Positions 1 to 12,188 of a DNA stretch of 64,000 nt are shown one piece after another. Made by a program: the position numbers and the translations under genes. Origin of the DNA: Chlorokybus atmophyticus (Eukaryota; Plantae; Mesostigma and Chlorokybus algae). Positions within the stretch are counted from its first letter, which is position 1. Every line of letters starts with the position of its first letter. The stretch spans positions 13,742-77,741 of the forward strand of contig RHPI01002568.1 in NCBI GenBank assembly GCA_009103225.1. The letters are read 5' to 3'. Under the pieces are notes generated by a model, which was given only the letters and a program-made list of their open reading frames with translations, made no database searches and was not told the DNA's origin.

Positions 1-132
1 AACAGCCTTCACCATGCTAAGAGACTGTCGATCAACTTAGTGCACTTGCTGCCCTGCTGTGATCTCCACTGTCAGCCGATGGTGCCATTGCATGTGGTGT
101 GTCACTGACTGCAAGATTGCTTCAGGCATCCC

Positions 133-3100
133 GTGCTTGGACAGCCGACTGTTAATTTGGCCGGCACCAGCAATGAAGCGGCAGCTACACTTCACGAAAG
201 GGAACAGTCAGGTGGACAGCCGACTTTCGATGTTGCCAGCACCAGCAGTGCCGCGACAGCTCCACTTCAACATCAGGCTGATCCACAGCCGACTGTCAAC
301 ATGCCCAGCTCCAGCAGCGCCGCAACTGCTCCACTTCAGCATCAGTCGGATCGACAGCCGACTGTTGACATGCCAATTGAAGACATGTTTGAGCCTCTTG
401 GTAGCGATGATGATGATCCAGAACAGCAAGAAGTGTCCTACACAATTGCTCTTGCCCAAGGTGCCTTGGCAAGGTGAGCAATCAACTTGTTGCGCGCACA
501 GTTGTCGTACTGTAGCTGCCCATGTCTGGGAATGCTGCATGCCTGCGACTGTCCGTAGCCCACCATGCGCGCACTTTCTGCATTGCCATCCATGCTACCT
601 ACATTGACAGTCGTATGTTGCGATTGGGCAGTGGGTTGAGTTGAAGACTTCATTGGCTCACATGCGACTGGACGAGGCAGCGCAAGAAAGTATGCACCCA
701 CCGCCAATGCCTTCAGCGCAATGTGATGCACCTCAACCCGGCATTTCTCATCAACAACAGTCCTCGGAAACACCCACGCAAAAAATGCTGGACAAGTTCA
801 TGTCGTTGCTGACAAACTTGGAGGACTCTCATGCACAGCAATCACTGATCAACAACGTGCTGAAGACTGTTTTTGGTGCCGAAGACTCCATTGTACATCT
901 GGCCAAGGATCCCGCCTACAACCACAGTCAGCTCCGTAACGATCTCCATGCCTTGCTCGGCCAGCGCAACCCCTCCGAGCCGGCTGACATCACGGCCGTC
1001 GATGCATTGTTGACTTCCATCGGAATGCCAGAGTCACAGAGATATACAGCATGCACACGATGCAATTATCTCTTTCCAGATGCCTATCCATCAGGCTACG
1101 GTGACTGCGAGGACAGCTGCCAAGACGACAGTCGCCACAAGATTCTGAAACGCTTGTGGGAACAGCCGTGCGGAGGCGAATGCGGGCGCACGCGCAAGGA
1201 GTGTATAGATTTTTTGTACACGCCCATTGGTCCAAGACTCGGTCCGTGGCTGCAAGTTCCTTCAATCGCATGTGACAACCTTGCTGCTTGGCGAGACAAA
1301 GACACATGGTTCAACGTGCCAGCAAACCATCCCCCAGCTCCTCAATGGGAAGCTTGGCATGGCAGCAAGTGGAGAGAACTGACTGCTTTTTGGGACTGCA
1401 CGAAGACCATCTCTCTGCCAAACAAATGCGACTGTGGACACTACAATCATGACATTAACATGTCGCAGCACAGGGATGGTTATCAGAAATGGCATTGCGA
1501 GTGCTCCTATGATAATGAAGAGGCTGCGCAGCAGTGTACTGGAGACCCACGCAACATTGGGCTCATGCTGCACAGTGATGGTTTCAGCTGCGCATCCACT
1601 ACAAAGCGCAGCACCCTTGTCATCAACGTCGTTGTGCTCAATGGAGGCAAGCGCGTCAGCTCACAGGCGTCTTCCATCATGCCAGTAGTATTTGTCCCAG
1701 TTGACGAGCTACTCGACGCGGACAAGGATTGTCTGAACCCGTTCATGAAGCCCATGGTGGATGAGTTGGAGGATTTTTACGCCATGGGCTTCCCCACGCA
1801 CTACGGATTGGACTCCAGCCAGGTGGACATCAAGCTCCCTCATCGATTGGCTGGTACGCTCGCAAGCATCTGTTTAGCAGTGCCACGCGCACGCAGCTGT
1901 TCTTGCGACTGTCATATGTATGGAATGCATTGCTGTGCTTGTTTAAGCTCAGGACTGTCTTTGCGCTGTCAACTGCGACTGTCAATCTTATGCACTCCAC
2001 TGCTATGCTTGTATGAGTTCGCTTGAGCAAGGCTGTCCATGCGACTGTCCATTCCAGGTCCCATGTCCGACAGTCCAAATCGACAGTCGCGGCTGTGTCC
2101 CGTGCGTAGTCGCGTACGCGCGCTGCTGCGCACGAAGCAATGAGTCCTGATGCCTCCAATGGTTTGCAGGTGATAAGATTTTCCTGAGAGCCATGGTCAT
2201 GAACATTGCCGGTGACAATCCAGCCCAAAGCGAGATGGGGCAATTCAAGAATGGCGGCTTATGCGGTTGCAGGGCTTGTTGCCTGCTGGCAACTCATATC
2301 CGGCACTCTACTGTCACGAAAAAAGTCACTCAAGATCCCAGCACTGGCGACGATGTTGTTGAAGAAACTCGGAGCAACAGGACCGACTTCCACTATGCTA
2401 GCAGCCGCTACCACAGTCGCCATCCATTTGCCAAAAGAACTGCAGAGGCCACATACCAGCTGGCCGATAAAGTTGAAAGCACTGAAGATCCCAATCGCAA
2501 GAAAGAAAAGGCCAAGAAGTATGGCGTCAACGGGCTGTCGCCTTTGTGGAGGCTTTGGCGGATGTACAAGTTTGACCCATGTCAGGACATGGTCTTTGAT
2601 ACCATGCACACGCTAGCCGAAGGACTGGCCAAGAGCTTGACAGCCTGCACTCTGATGGATGGTGGGGACGAGCAGGTCAGCAAGGCTGACATCGACAGTC
2701 GGCTGTCCGTGATGAGAAATGCAAGACCAAGAGAGGTGAAGAATGGTAATCGCTGGCCACACGGCCTCAGCAGTCGCCTTGGATGGTGGAAGGCGCAGGA
2801 GCACCAGTTCTTCGTGCAATTTGGTGTGCCCTATGTTTTTCACAAGCTGCTCAGCGAAGAAAGGAGAGATCTCGTCATGTGTCTCCACATGATCTTCCGC
2901 TTATTCTTTGACATCTCACGGCGCTTTGGTTGGGATTCAGACCGCCTGGAGCTCGTGGATGCATTGCTCAGGTACTGGAAGGTCAATAGCGAGATCTGCT
3001 TTGGCACCAGTAAAAAGATTTTGGAGCACATTGCGGGAACTTGGCACCTGCTTGACAACATCCATAGACACGGCAGCCATGACGTGTTCTGGTGCTACGC

Positions 3101-4751
3101 CGCTGAGCGCGCTGTGAAGCTGTATGTCAACATCCCGTCCAACTGCAAGGATTACGAGATCAGCTTTATGAAACGTTCTGTCAGGAGATGGTTTGTGCGA
3201 CTATTTGGCGTCATGCGTGACGATCAGCGTTCAGGCCTGCTGCTCTGCCATAGAGTTGGCAACATACTGTCTACAATCTGCAAAACAGAATTCAACGGGT
3301 CCACCTGGTATGAGGTCGCCACAATCAAGCACGCAGAGGATATTTGGGCGCTTGTGGAAGCATACCCCACCCTGGCACACTCCAGGCGCATCAAAGAACA
3401 AGGCATAGTGATTGGGCGAGGCAACACTCACTATGTCGCGAGCGACGGCTTGTTCGAGAGCATCTGTGCACAAGAGAACATTGCAATTGGCACCCCGACA
3501 CGGCGGACAGTGCGCGACTACAAAGCCTATATGAGGGACGGCCTGGTATACAGGTGTGCTTTATATCTTGATTATGAATGCAGCACGGTTGTCATCGACA
3601 GTCCCACCAACGACTGTCACACAAACTGTCACTGGTGCGACTGTCCGTTATAGGGTCTCTATCTCTGATATCTACAGTCCCAGCATTGACAGCCGCGCAG
3701 ACTGTCAATGCTGAGACTGTCAAACAACGACTGACAGATATTCTCTCTCTCTCTCACACACAAGCGCGACTGCAAGGATGCTGTGATGCTGGATGGAAAC
3801 AGGCCAGCCATCGTCAACAAAATCTTCATGTTCTTTCACACCGAGTGCCATGTGTACATTGCTGTCAACCGCTACAGCCTGCAAAAAGATGCTGCTGGAC
3901 ATCAATGCATGGACGCAGACTCCGGTGCCTTGCATGTGGGGCGTTTGGAAAACACCAAACTTCTTGTCCGAGGCCACCAGCTGCTGCGCAAAGTGTGGAT
4001 GCTGTTGGAGAGACCAAGGCTGCTCCCCTACATGCTGGCTTACGATTTCAGCAACCCAGAGCTGCGATTGCGAGCAGCTGATATACCTCTGCCAGTATGG
4101 CCTGAAACCGGGGATGTGCTGCTTGTGAGACATGAGGATGAGAAGAAGTCGGTCTTTGACTTTCGCGTGCCAACTGACCCACCAGCACCTGTATCTGATG
4201 ATCCACCGCCATGGATTGTTATGTTCGACAGCCTCAAGTTGACGATGAAGGCAACATGTTGGTTGACTACCTGAAGCCTGCTCCTAGATCAGCGAGTGCT
4301 CGCCAAGGCCTACCACGGTGGGTGGTCAATAAGGACTGTCGCAACCAGAAGGTGTCACCCATTGCGGTCAAGAGGAAGCTCAACTTGCAGCAAGTTGATC
4401 AAGGCAGATGGCAAGAGCAGCCGACAACTGAGGTTGTGCGTATGTTGTACGACAGGTACATCATGTACTACAAAGCAGGCGAGGCTGAGGCAGGTACGCA
4501 TCACTTGTCTCATCAGTGTTGTTCCTTGACAGTCCCATGGACAGTCGGCTGTCCATAGGACTGTCGGGTAACAACACTATCAGTGTGTGTTTTTGGCACA
4601 AGGCATTACGCAAGGCATTACTAAGCACGCATTGGAAACTGTGAGTAACACACTTGTACATTTCACAGATTATGTACACAAGGAAGGGTCAAGCGTACCA
4701 GCAGATCTACTTGCAGCGCGCAAAGGCCAACTGCTAGGCAACTTACACTAA
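133..4751 (+). CDS. Spliced CACTA/EnSpm Tnp2 (Transposase_21-like) transposase; possible frameshift near 4213
   Basis: Family motifs GDPRNIGLMLHSDGF, FMKPMVDELEDF, LRAMVMNIAGDNPA..CGCRAC, VFDTMHTLAEGL, WKAQEHQFF and HLLDNIHRHG..FWCYAAER. Intron 1854-2169 (GTACGC..TTGCAG, phase 1) joins ORF 641 and ORF 2193 in frame. Further introns lie at ~3550-3776 and 4494-4668; the last exon ends at TAA 4749-4751. 5' exon boundaries are uncertain. Confidence 0.8.
137..372 (+). repeat. Coding tandem repeat (~69 bp, 23 aa) in the transposase N-terminal exon
   Basis: Units begin (G/C)ACAGCCGACT at 140, 215, 284 and 353. Peptide unit QPT(V/F)(N/D)x(A/P)S(T/S)SSAATAPLQHQxD. Confidence 0.8.
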
Positions 4752-7700
4752 AGCTATAAACCAGGGAAACATCAACCAGCATCAGGAGGAGGAGGTGGAG
4801 GACGAGGAGGACCAGCAGCAGCACCAGCAGCAGGAGGAGGAGGAGGAGGAGGAGGACGAGGAGGTCTTGGTATGGAGCACTGAGCGCGGTAGCTGCTGAG
4901 GGCTGATACACCTGCGGGGGTTTGCAACCACGCCCATGCAGCGGCATAGTCCATTGGACGCTGTAGCTGATACAATGGCGCTGCCGCTGGTCCTCGAAGT
5001 GAAGCCATCCCTTCGTCAAGGTCACGGAGGTGGTGCACAAATGTTGATAGCATGACAACCATTACGTCAAACATGGAAATTAGGGTAGCGCGCCTTGTGA
5101 TTTCGGGTTCCTGCAAGATGCCAGTGTAGTGCGACTCGGCGTTCCTGTAGAAGTCCCAGAACCCATTGGCACCTTGTTGAAAGCCAGTGAATGGAATGGC
5201 ACTCCGTTGTGATTGCTGCCACGCCTGCCTGATTTCAGCTGCACGCCGTATGAAGATACCCGGCCATTCGACTGGGTCCTCCCGAAATCTTTGTGGCCAA
5301 TCGTCAAAGAGCTGAGTGTTTGGCAAACGGCCCAACACTATTGTACGTTCGTAGTTTCGCAGTGCAAAAAATTGGTTGGAGACCTCACGCGCCCACTCCC
5401 TGATTCTGCCGATGAGGTACTGCGCACGATCCTGTGCTACCTGCTAGAGCTGTGCTCTGTGATCTGCCACCTGCTTGTCCAGCTGTTCTTTGAGGTCTCT
5501 CACCTGCTTGTCTAAAGCTTCTGCACCTGCTAGCGCTTCATTCAGCTTTTCGTCAACACATGGGTCGACAGCCCCTCCGACAGCCTCTGATGTTGAAGGC
5601 ACTGCAGCCAGCCTCTGCTCCAACTCTTGATAGCGGGTTTGCGCCTCTGCCAGCTGCCGCTCTGCTTCATTGGCTCTTCTTGTCGCGGCATCGACAGCCG
5701 CTGCATCGACAGCCCCTCCAACGGCCTCTGATGCTGACTGCCTCGCCGCTTGCTGTGCTACCTCCTGCTCCAGCTGGCGAATGCGCTGCCGAGAACTCTC
5801 CATCTCTTCCCCAATCTTGGCGCCCGCAGAGGAGCTGGAGGCCATTGCCAGCATGCGCGATTGCAAATCAAAGTTTCGCAATTCGAGGCCGCGAATCTGG
5901 GCGTCAATTGATGCCGCACGCTCCTTGGCGGCTTCGAGTGCTGTAGCCAACTCCTCTTGCAGTTTGGCGACCTCAACATCGGTGGTTGCAGCCCTCTGCT
6001 GCAACTCCTCCCTCTCCTTGCGCAGGTTGTCCACCTGAGAGTTGGAAGCGGCAGCCCTCTGCTGCAACTCCGCCAATTCCTTTTGTAGCTTGGCGACCTC
6101 AGAGTTGGAAGCTGCAGCCCTCTGCTCCGCATGCTCCAAATCCTTGCGCACATTGTTGACCTCAGCATCGGTTAATGCAGCCCTCTGCTCCGTCTCCTCC
6201 AAATCATTGCGCAGCTTGGCAATAACAGCATCTGGTGCCCCAGCCCTCTGCTCCAACTCCTGGAATTCTTTCGCAGCTCGGCTAAGAGTAGGTTGAACTC
6301 ATCGTTTGTTCTTGATGCTGTCTTCATCGTCTCCTCCAACTCCTTGCGCACCCGGGCGACCTCAGCGTTGGCATCTGCAGCCCTCTGTTGCGTCTCCTGT
6401 AACTCCTTGCGAAGGATTGCAACCTGTTGCTGCGACTCCGCTACTTCAAGGTCAAGAGTACGCTGGTAATACTGCTTGCGCGCCTCGTTCACACTGACTA
6501 GGCTGGTCTGCAGGTTGTCACGAGTTGCAAGAACGCGCTCTTGTCCTTGCTGTCGCACATAGACATCAAGTAAGTACAGAGGCCACAACAGATTATCAAA
6601 GCCCCCCCCCCCCTTCTTCCACAAAGACTGTACGCGATGCAATTATTCTCACCAATGCTTGTCTTGTAAGCCCGAGGGCGAATGACAGCTGTTCTGCAGA
6701 AATCTCCACAGCGTTTGCCACTTCCTCGCTCAATTTCGATGCGTCATTGACGGCCTTGCGGTGCTCCTCGTGGGCCTTCTTGAAACCTTCAATTGTATCA
6801 CGCGCTGCTGCTAGAGCCTCCTCTCCAGCTTGTGGCCGCACAGCTGGTGGAGTTGGCCGTGCAGGAGTGTCTGGCTGAAGGGGACGTTTCTTCTCAGCTG
6901 GGGGTGTAGACATGGGGGCACTTGTTCTCTCTCTCTTTCTCTTGGCAGATGGACGGGGACTGTCATGGAGACTGTCGTGAGGTGGACTGTGGTGAGGTGG
7001 ACTGTCGGCTGGTGGACTGTCCGCGCGACTGTCATAAGGTGGACTGTCCTTGGGACTGTGGGGAGGTGGAGTGTCAGGTGGAGGATTTTCACGCTCAGCT
7101 TGTCTCTCCAGCCAGGTCTTCAGTGGTGGAGGTGCGGGGTGCAAGGGCACTCTCAACTGATGGAGATGATCATCGTGTGAATGGGGAGTATCAGGGTTGT
7201 TGATCGCCACCAATAAAGATGCTGCAGCTTGTGCCTCCGCCCGTGTGTCAGCTTCGCTCTGCTCTTTTACAAGTGTACGCACAATGTCCCGCTTGAGTTC
7301 GTCAAGCCATTCCTTTCTGGACTCCTTGAAGCCCTTCTGCAGCATACCCCGGATCTTTCTCTCCCAATCCTTTTCCCAGTCCTCTCCCTTCAGTGCCAAT
7401 GCTGTCGCCTGCCTGGTGAGAGCCCCCTCTCTGGTAGCAATAGCTGCTGTCTGAGTTTTGTGCATCTCGGCAGTCTTTCTCTGGATACCAGCGACCTTTT
7501 GCAAAAACAGGTAACAGTTTAAGCAAATGTGTGAAGTGAAATGTGCACCACATGCTGACGTACCCTGATCACGTTCTCTTGTTCTATCCGTAGGTCTAAC
7601 TCCCTAATGACTTGTTTTAGGGCATCGACTTGTCTGTTTGCGGCCTCTTTCATTTCGTAGGCAGCATCATAAACCGCTTTACAAAAATGAACAGATATTT

Positions 7701-8223
7701 GACGCTGAATATGGGCTTCAGAATCTATCTGTTGACACATGCACGTGATCTTGGTTGTTAGCATACATGTCACAGTGCATGCAAGTGCACTGCGACAGGA
7801 GTGCAAACAGCAGACTATCGATAAGACTGTCGAAGAGACTGTCATTATTGGAAGACTGTCAGTACAACTCGCCATTCTTGTCTTTGCGTCCGCATTGGGC
7901 ATGCTGAAGACACGCTGGACCAAACGTATGGAGTATGCGAAGTCACTCTCGCCCAGCTGCCTTGGTGGCTTGCTGGTAAGCAACCACATAGCGTCCTCCG
8001 TGGTCAACTTCCAACTTCTCGCAAGCCTCTGCGCCGCATCCTCCGTTTGCCACAGTTGGGTCTGCCAGCAAAGAAGGCAAGTTAGCTTCCAGTGTCACAG
8101 TTGTGGAGTCATTGACAGTCTCGCATTGACAGTCGCACTAACAAGGCATGCAAACTGGGCATGCAGCAATGCAATTACACTTACTTGGTCTGTCTGCCCG
8201 TCTGGTGGCGCAGGGAAAGGGGT

Positions 8224-8700
8224 GTAGTCTAAGAGTAGCTCCTCCCCTGCCTTAATGTCCCTAGTCGCATACACAGTGACAGCTGGGTGGCCGACGTCAT
8301 CGAAGTCCGAGTAGAACATGACGTTGGGCTGAGTGTGCCCATGTGCGGAATTGATGTAAGCCGCTACACAGCCAGTGCGGGGGTGCCCGTCGATGACAAC
8401 CTGATATTGGCTTGGTGTATCTGGTGGAAACAGGTTGACGTGATATCGCCGGTGGTGTCGGATGTTGCAGATTTGCTGGTAACGATGCAAGACCTCCTCC
8501 ATCTTCTGTTGCTTGAACCATTTGCCGTCATATGGCAACAGGTAAGCCTCTGCACAGATGCGCACAAGTCATGAGTGATCCGCGAGTACACAGAGAGACA
8601 TGCACACAAAGATACACACGCACACACGTGCACGTACCGTTTGGAATGTCTTCGCAGGCAAACAGTCCCAGTCCAGCACCAGTGATGGTTGAGTCCTTGA
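8224..8700 (-). CDS. SET lysine-methyltransferase domain (split by intron 8637-8550)
   Basis: Canonical SET motifs in order: IKDSTITGAGLGLFACEDIPNG | E..LPYDG; AAYINSAHGHTQPNV; VYATRDIKAGEELLLDY. The catalytic-type DY is at 8229-8224. No Cys-rich pre-SET or post-SET region is visible. Confidence 0.9.
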
Positions 8701-9118
8701 TCAACCAGTTGTGCGTAAGATACTTGAACTGCTCGTTGACTGGGATGCGTGTGGATGCTCTTGCATCCTCCACATTATCCAGTCTCCACAGCTGGTGCTT
8801 GTCTCCAGCGCTACGATGGATGAGCTTGAGGTTTGGTATCTCCCGGTCAGTCTGTTTAATGCAGTGATAAGTAACCATCAGACTCTAGCGCAAAGATAAA
8901 CACAGACCATTACATTGGCATAGGCTGTCATGATATGTTCTCACCCTCAAGTAGTCAGCAGAAAGTTTGGGTGGCGCTTTGGAACCTGTTGAGGGGTAGC
9001 GTTTCACCTGGAATTTGTTTATCTCTTCAAGAGCACTGGCGAATTCCGCTGCATAATCCACTGCTGCGGCTTGGCGACGCCTTGAGGGTTTCCGCTTCGG
9101 TGGACTGGGTACCGCACC

Positions 9119-9119
<1 letters not shown>

Positions 9120-9166
<47 letters not shown>

Positions 9167-9168
9167 AT
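9120..9168 (-). repeat. (GAGGAC)n repeat encoding a DE acidic tract
   Basis: TCCTCG repeats on + encode QDEDEDEDEDEDEDEDEEG; the tract is shorter in copy 2 (~59868-59895). Confidence 0.85.
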
Positions 9169-10572
9169 CCTGTGGTTCTCCTGCTACTCCTGCTCCTCTT
9201 GATCTTCCTGCTCTTCGAGATCGTGTTGCTCTGCGTGTCCAGGTATGCATAGCCGCCAGCTGTTGCATTTCTTCGTACAGTTCTTTGGTCTAAAACATGG
9301 CAGGGTTAGTACGCATGTTGCAGTATGGTTTCAGTGCTGCTGTGCGAATTCAGCAACTCACATATCATGGAATAGCCTTGATGTCTGCCATCTTGCAGGA
9401 CTTCAAGTTTGGGACTGTGGGATTGGGGTAAGGGGGCAGTTGCTCATCCTGCAGCACGCCGCTGCTGGTGAGTTGCATTGTGCGTTTAAACATGTCACGA
9501 TACTTCAAGTAGTCCAAGAACACGACGGTTGCACTCATATTACAACCGATATGCGCAGGATTCAAGCAACGGCTGTCAAGTACAACCGATGTGCGCAGGA
9601 TTTAAGCAACGACTGTCAGGTATCTGCACCATGAGCCAATGCGCTGTACGCACGCGCAAGGCACATCATTGACAGTCCAGGCAGGATGTTGCAAGAACTT
9701 GGATCAAGAATGCCTGAGGGTTCGTACTCTGATGGATTGCTGGATTTCCTCTGCCAACTTTTCGAGTGTAGCCTTGTCCTCCCTCCCTCTCTTATTGCTG
9801 AGCACGCGCATCATTCGGCACAGAGCACCGTTCCAGTGCTGTGCGATTTTCGTGGGCTTGGTCTCTCCCATGCCAGGTTGGCCGTTTGCATTACGGTGAC
9901 CAGCGTGCACGTTGTTCATACAGTAAAGGCAGCCCCATATAAACTGCGGCGCTGTGGACGACCTCCTTCGAGCCATGGTGTACTGCCTGGGACTGTCCAC
10001 TGTGCCAAGAGACTGTCGACGCCTACCCAACAGCACCCTGAACCAAACCCTTCACCCCCAATCTTTGCTCAACAACAACAACGACCATGCCAAAGGTCTT
10101 GCAACGCTTGTGTACGCCGCCAACCCATAGACAGCCGTCAATTCCTAGGCGAGTTCAACCCTAATTTATCGACAGCCGCGTCGCTTTTTTGGCGAGTTGC
10201 ATTGTTGCGCTACTTGTGCGGCTTGTGTGGCTTGTGCGAACTCACAACGCTTGTGCGGCTTGTGCGGTTGTTTATGTAAGGCACTGGTCCGACAGTCCCT
10301 GTTGACAGTCGACAGCTTGGGTTGCTCACTTGCTGTGGTGCCAGGACACTTGCACTTCTGCTGTGCTGTTTGCCAGTTGATTTCAGCTGTTGAAAGGTGA
10401 GCAGGTTGCTTGCAAGCTTGCAAGCTTGGATGCTTGCTTGCTTGCATGACAGTCTCTGTTGACAGTCGACAGCTTGGGTTGCTCTAAGTGTGAAGTCAAA
10501 CTGTTTGCTCTAAGTTCAGTTGTTTGTTTAGGCAGTCCAACTGACACCAGGACCACTGGGGAGGTAAGACAA

Positions 10573-12113
10573 ATGCCCGCTGCAGCTGATTGCTTCAGAG
10601 CAAAGGGGAACCACTTGCTGGGCCAAGTGACGGGCTCGCAGTTCCTGATGAAACCAGAGTTCAAGCATATGCGCACAACGCATATCAACAACCTGGCGAA
10701 GCTGAAAAAAGAGATGCTGAGCAAGTGGCCACCACCTCAAGGCATGAAAGGCACAGACTTCAAGCAGAACGCCCAGCACCGGCAGGAGCTGGACGATGTC
10801 TGCGAGACTGTATTGCAGGTGTCAGAGCCACTGGTCTTTGACACAGACCACACCCTGAAATGGACCAAAGGCAAGCTGCTAGTAGAGTTGAGCTGTGTTG
10901 AAGCAAGCCTTCCAAGCAGCATGGCACCTTCTCCTCGGTTTTATTGTGTCTCCTTGCTTTCAGCTGTCGATTGCTCAGTAACCAGTTGCGTTATGCTATG
11001 TTCCAAGATGTGACCTCCTTGCTGATGGCTACCAAAGGACTGTCGCTGCCATGTCTCATCTGCTTGTGTTTCTGCAGCACAAATCAAGAGTCATGTTCTC
11101 CAGCTACAGTACTCTGTTGGCGCGAAGCGCGGTAGTGATTACGGGCAAAGCATGGAAGAACGCAATGCTACCAAGAAGCAAAGGCGATCCAGCGACAGGG
11201 AAGCTACCCAAGGCAGCCGCGCTACTGAAGCTGCTGCTGGCTGGGGCATGAATTTTTTGATTGGCAGGGACTTGAGGGCCAACCAGCAGGTGGTCATGCT
11301 TGCGCCTTTGACTGCTGAGCCTCTAACAGATGCTCAGTACCGGGCCACTTGGCTGAAAGAGAGGTAACTATTGTGCTGTCGGCTGTCGATCAAGTTCTAC
11401 AGTCCTCACTGGTTTGCTTAGCTGTGCCTCCATGGCTGCGTACTGGATTCACACATGCTGCCTGCTGCCTGCTAACTCAGAATTTCCTAACAGGGGTGCG
11501 GACGGGTTCGCTGAAGATCAGGTGTTTGACATTGCCAACAACGCAGTAGTTGTTGGCGTCGCCACCATCAAGTCCGTATGCGAGCCAGAACAACCAATGC
11601 GAACGTACAATGTCTGTGTTACCCACTGGATGCCAGTGAGAAGTGAGGATGGCAACCTTGGCATTCGCCTACCTGTGAAAGAGAGGCATTTTCGCTATGG
11701 CCAGCTGGCAAGCAGCTGCCATGGTGGGCGTACTCTGGAGGTACATTGCTTGCTGTGGATATGCTCCTGCTGTGACTGTATGGTGCATGAGTGCAAGAAC
11801 ATTTTGTGTTAAACAACATGCAGGGCAGGGAGATGGAGTGGCCCATGATGTTCTTGGCCGGCGGAGGCATCTGTCCATGTGAGGCATGCGGCAACGACGA
11901 TCGCATTGTGGTGCCGGGTTGCATCAAGGACATACTGCCTACGACCGCAGCTCGGCACAGCACAGACACAGAGGTCAGTAAGGGCTGTTGTCAGCGCATG
12001 GCATGACTCATTGGCACGCGTTTGCTCGCACACTCACAGTAGCACACATACCATCTCTTGCAACATCACGCACAGTGTCCAACTATCTGTTGCTCACTGC
12101 CTCTCACAGACAC

Positions 12114-12188
<75 letters not shown>

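Larger units (their letters stand above)
4772..9976 (-). pseudogene. Multi-exon SET-domain / acidic / coiled-coil / Pro-rich gene, copy 1 (carries lesions)
   Basis: Probable start CACC-ATG-GCT (MARRRSS) at 9976. Exons ~9976-9728, ~9623-9363, ~9290-8946, 8884-8638, 8549-8185, ~8054-7873, 7728-~7563, ~7490-6635, ~6550-5420 and last exon to stop 4772, mostly GT..AG. Lesions: a 40-bp tandem duplication at ~9540-9620, TGA at ~9366 (GAA in copy 2) and a 1-nt frameshift at ~6270. Confidence 0.75.

Noticed and set aside
4663-5058. Poly-Leu ORF resembling a membrane protein
   Set aside because: It is an alternative frame of the CCT/CCA-rich Pro-coding last exon of the SET gene.
6601-6613. 12-G run breaking frame at the same place in both SET-gene copies (programmed frameshift?)
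   Set aside because: A short GT..AG intron (~6635-6550) containing the G run restores the frame more simply.
10020-10140. Possible upstream exon or alternative start (MINGCLW.. in copy 2) for the SET gene
   Set aside because: Splice phase is ambiguous, and a strong in-frame CACCATGG start at 9976 is conserved in both copies.
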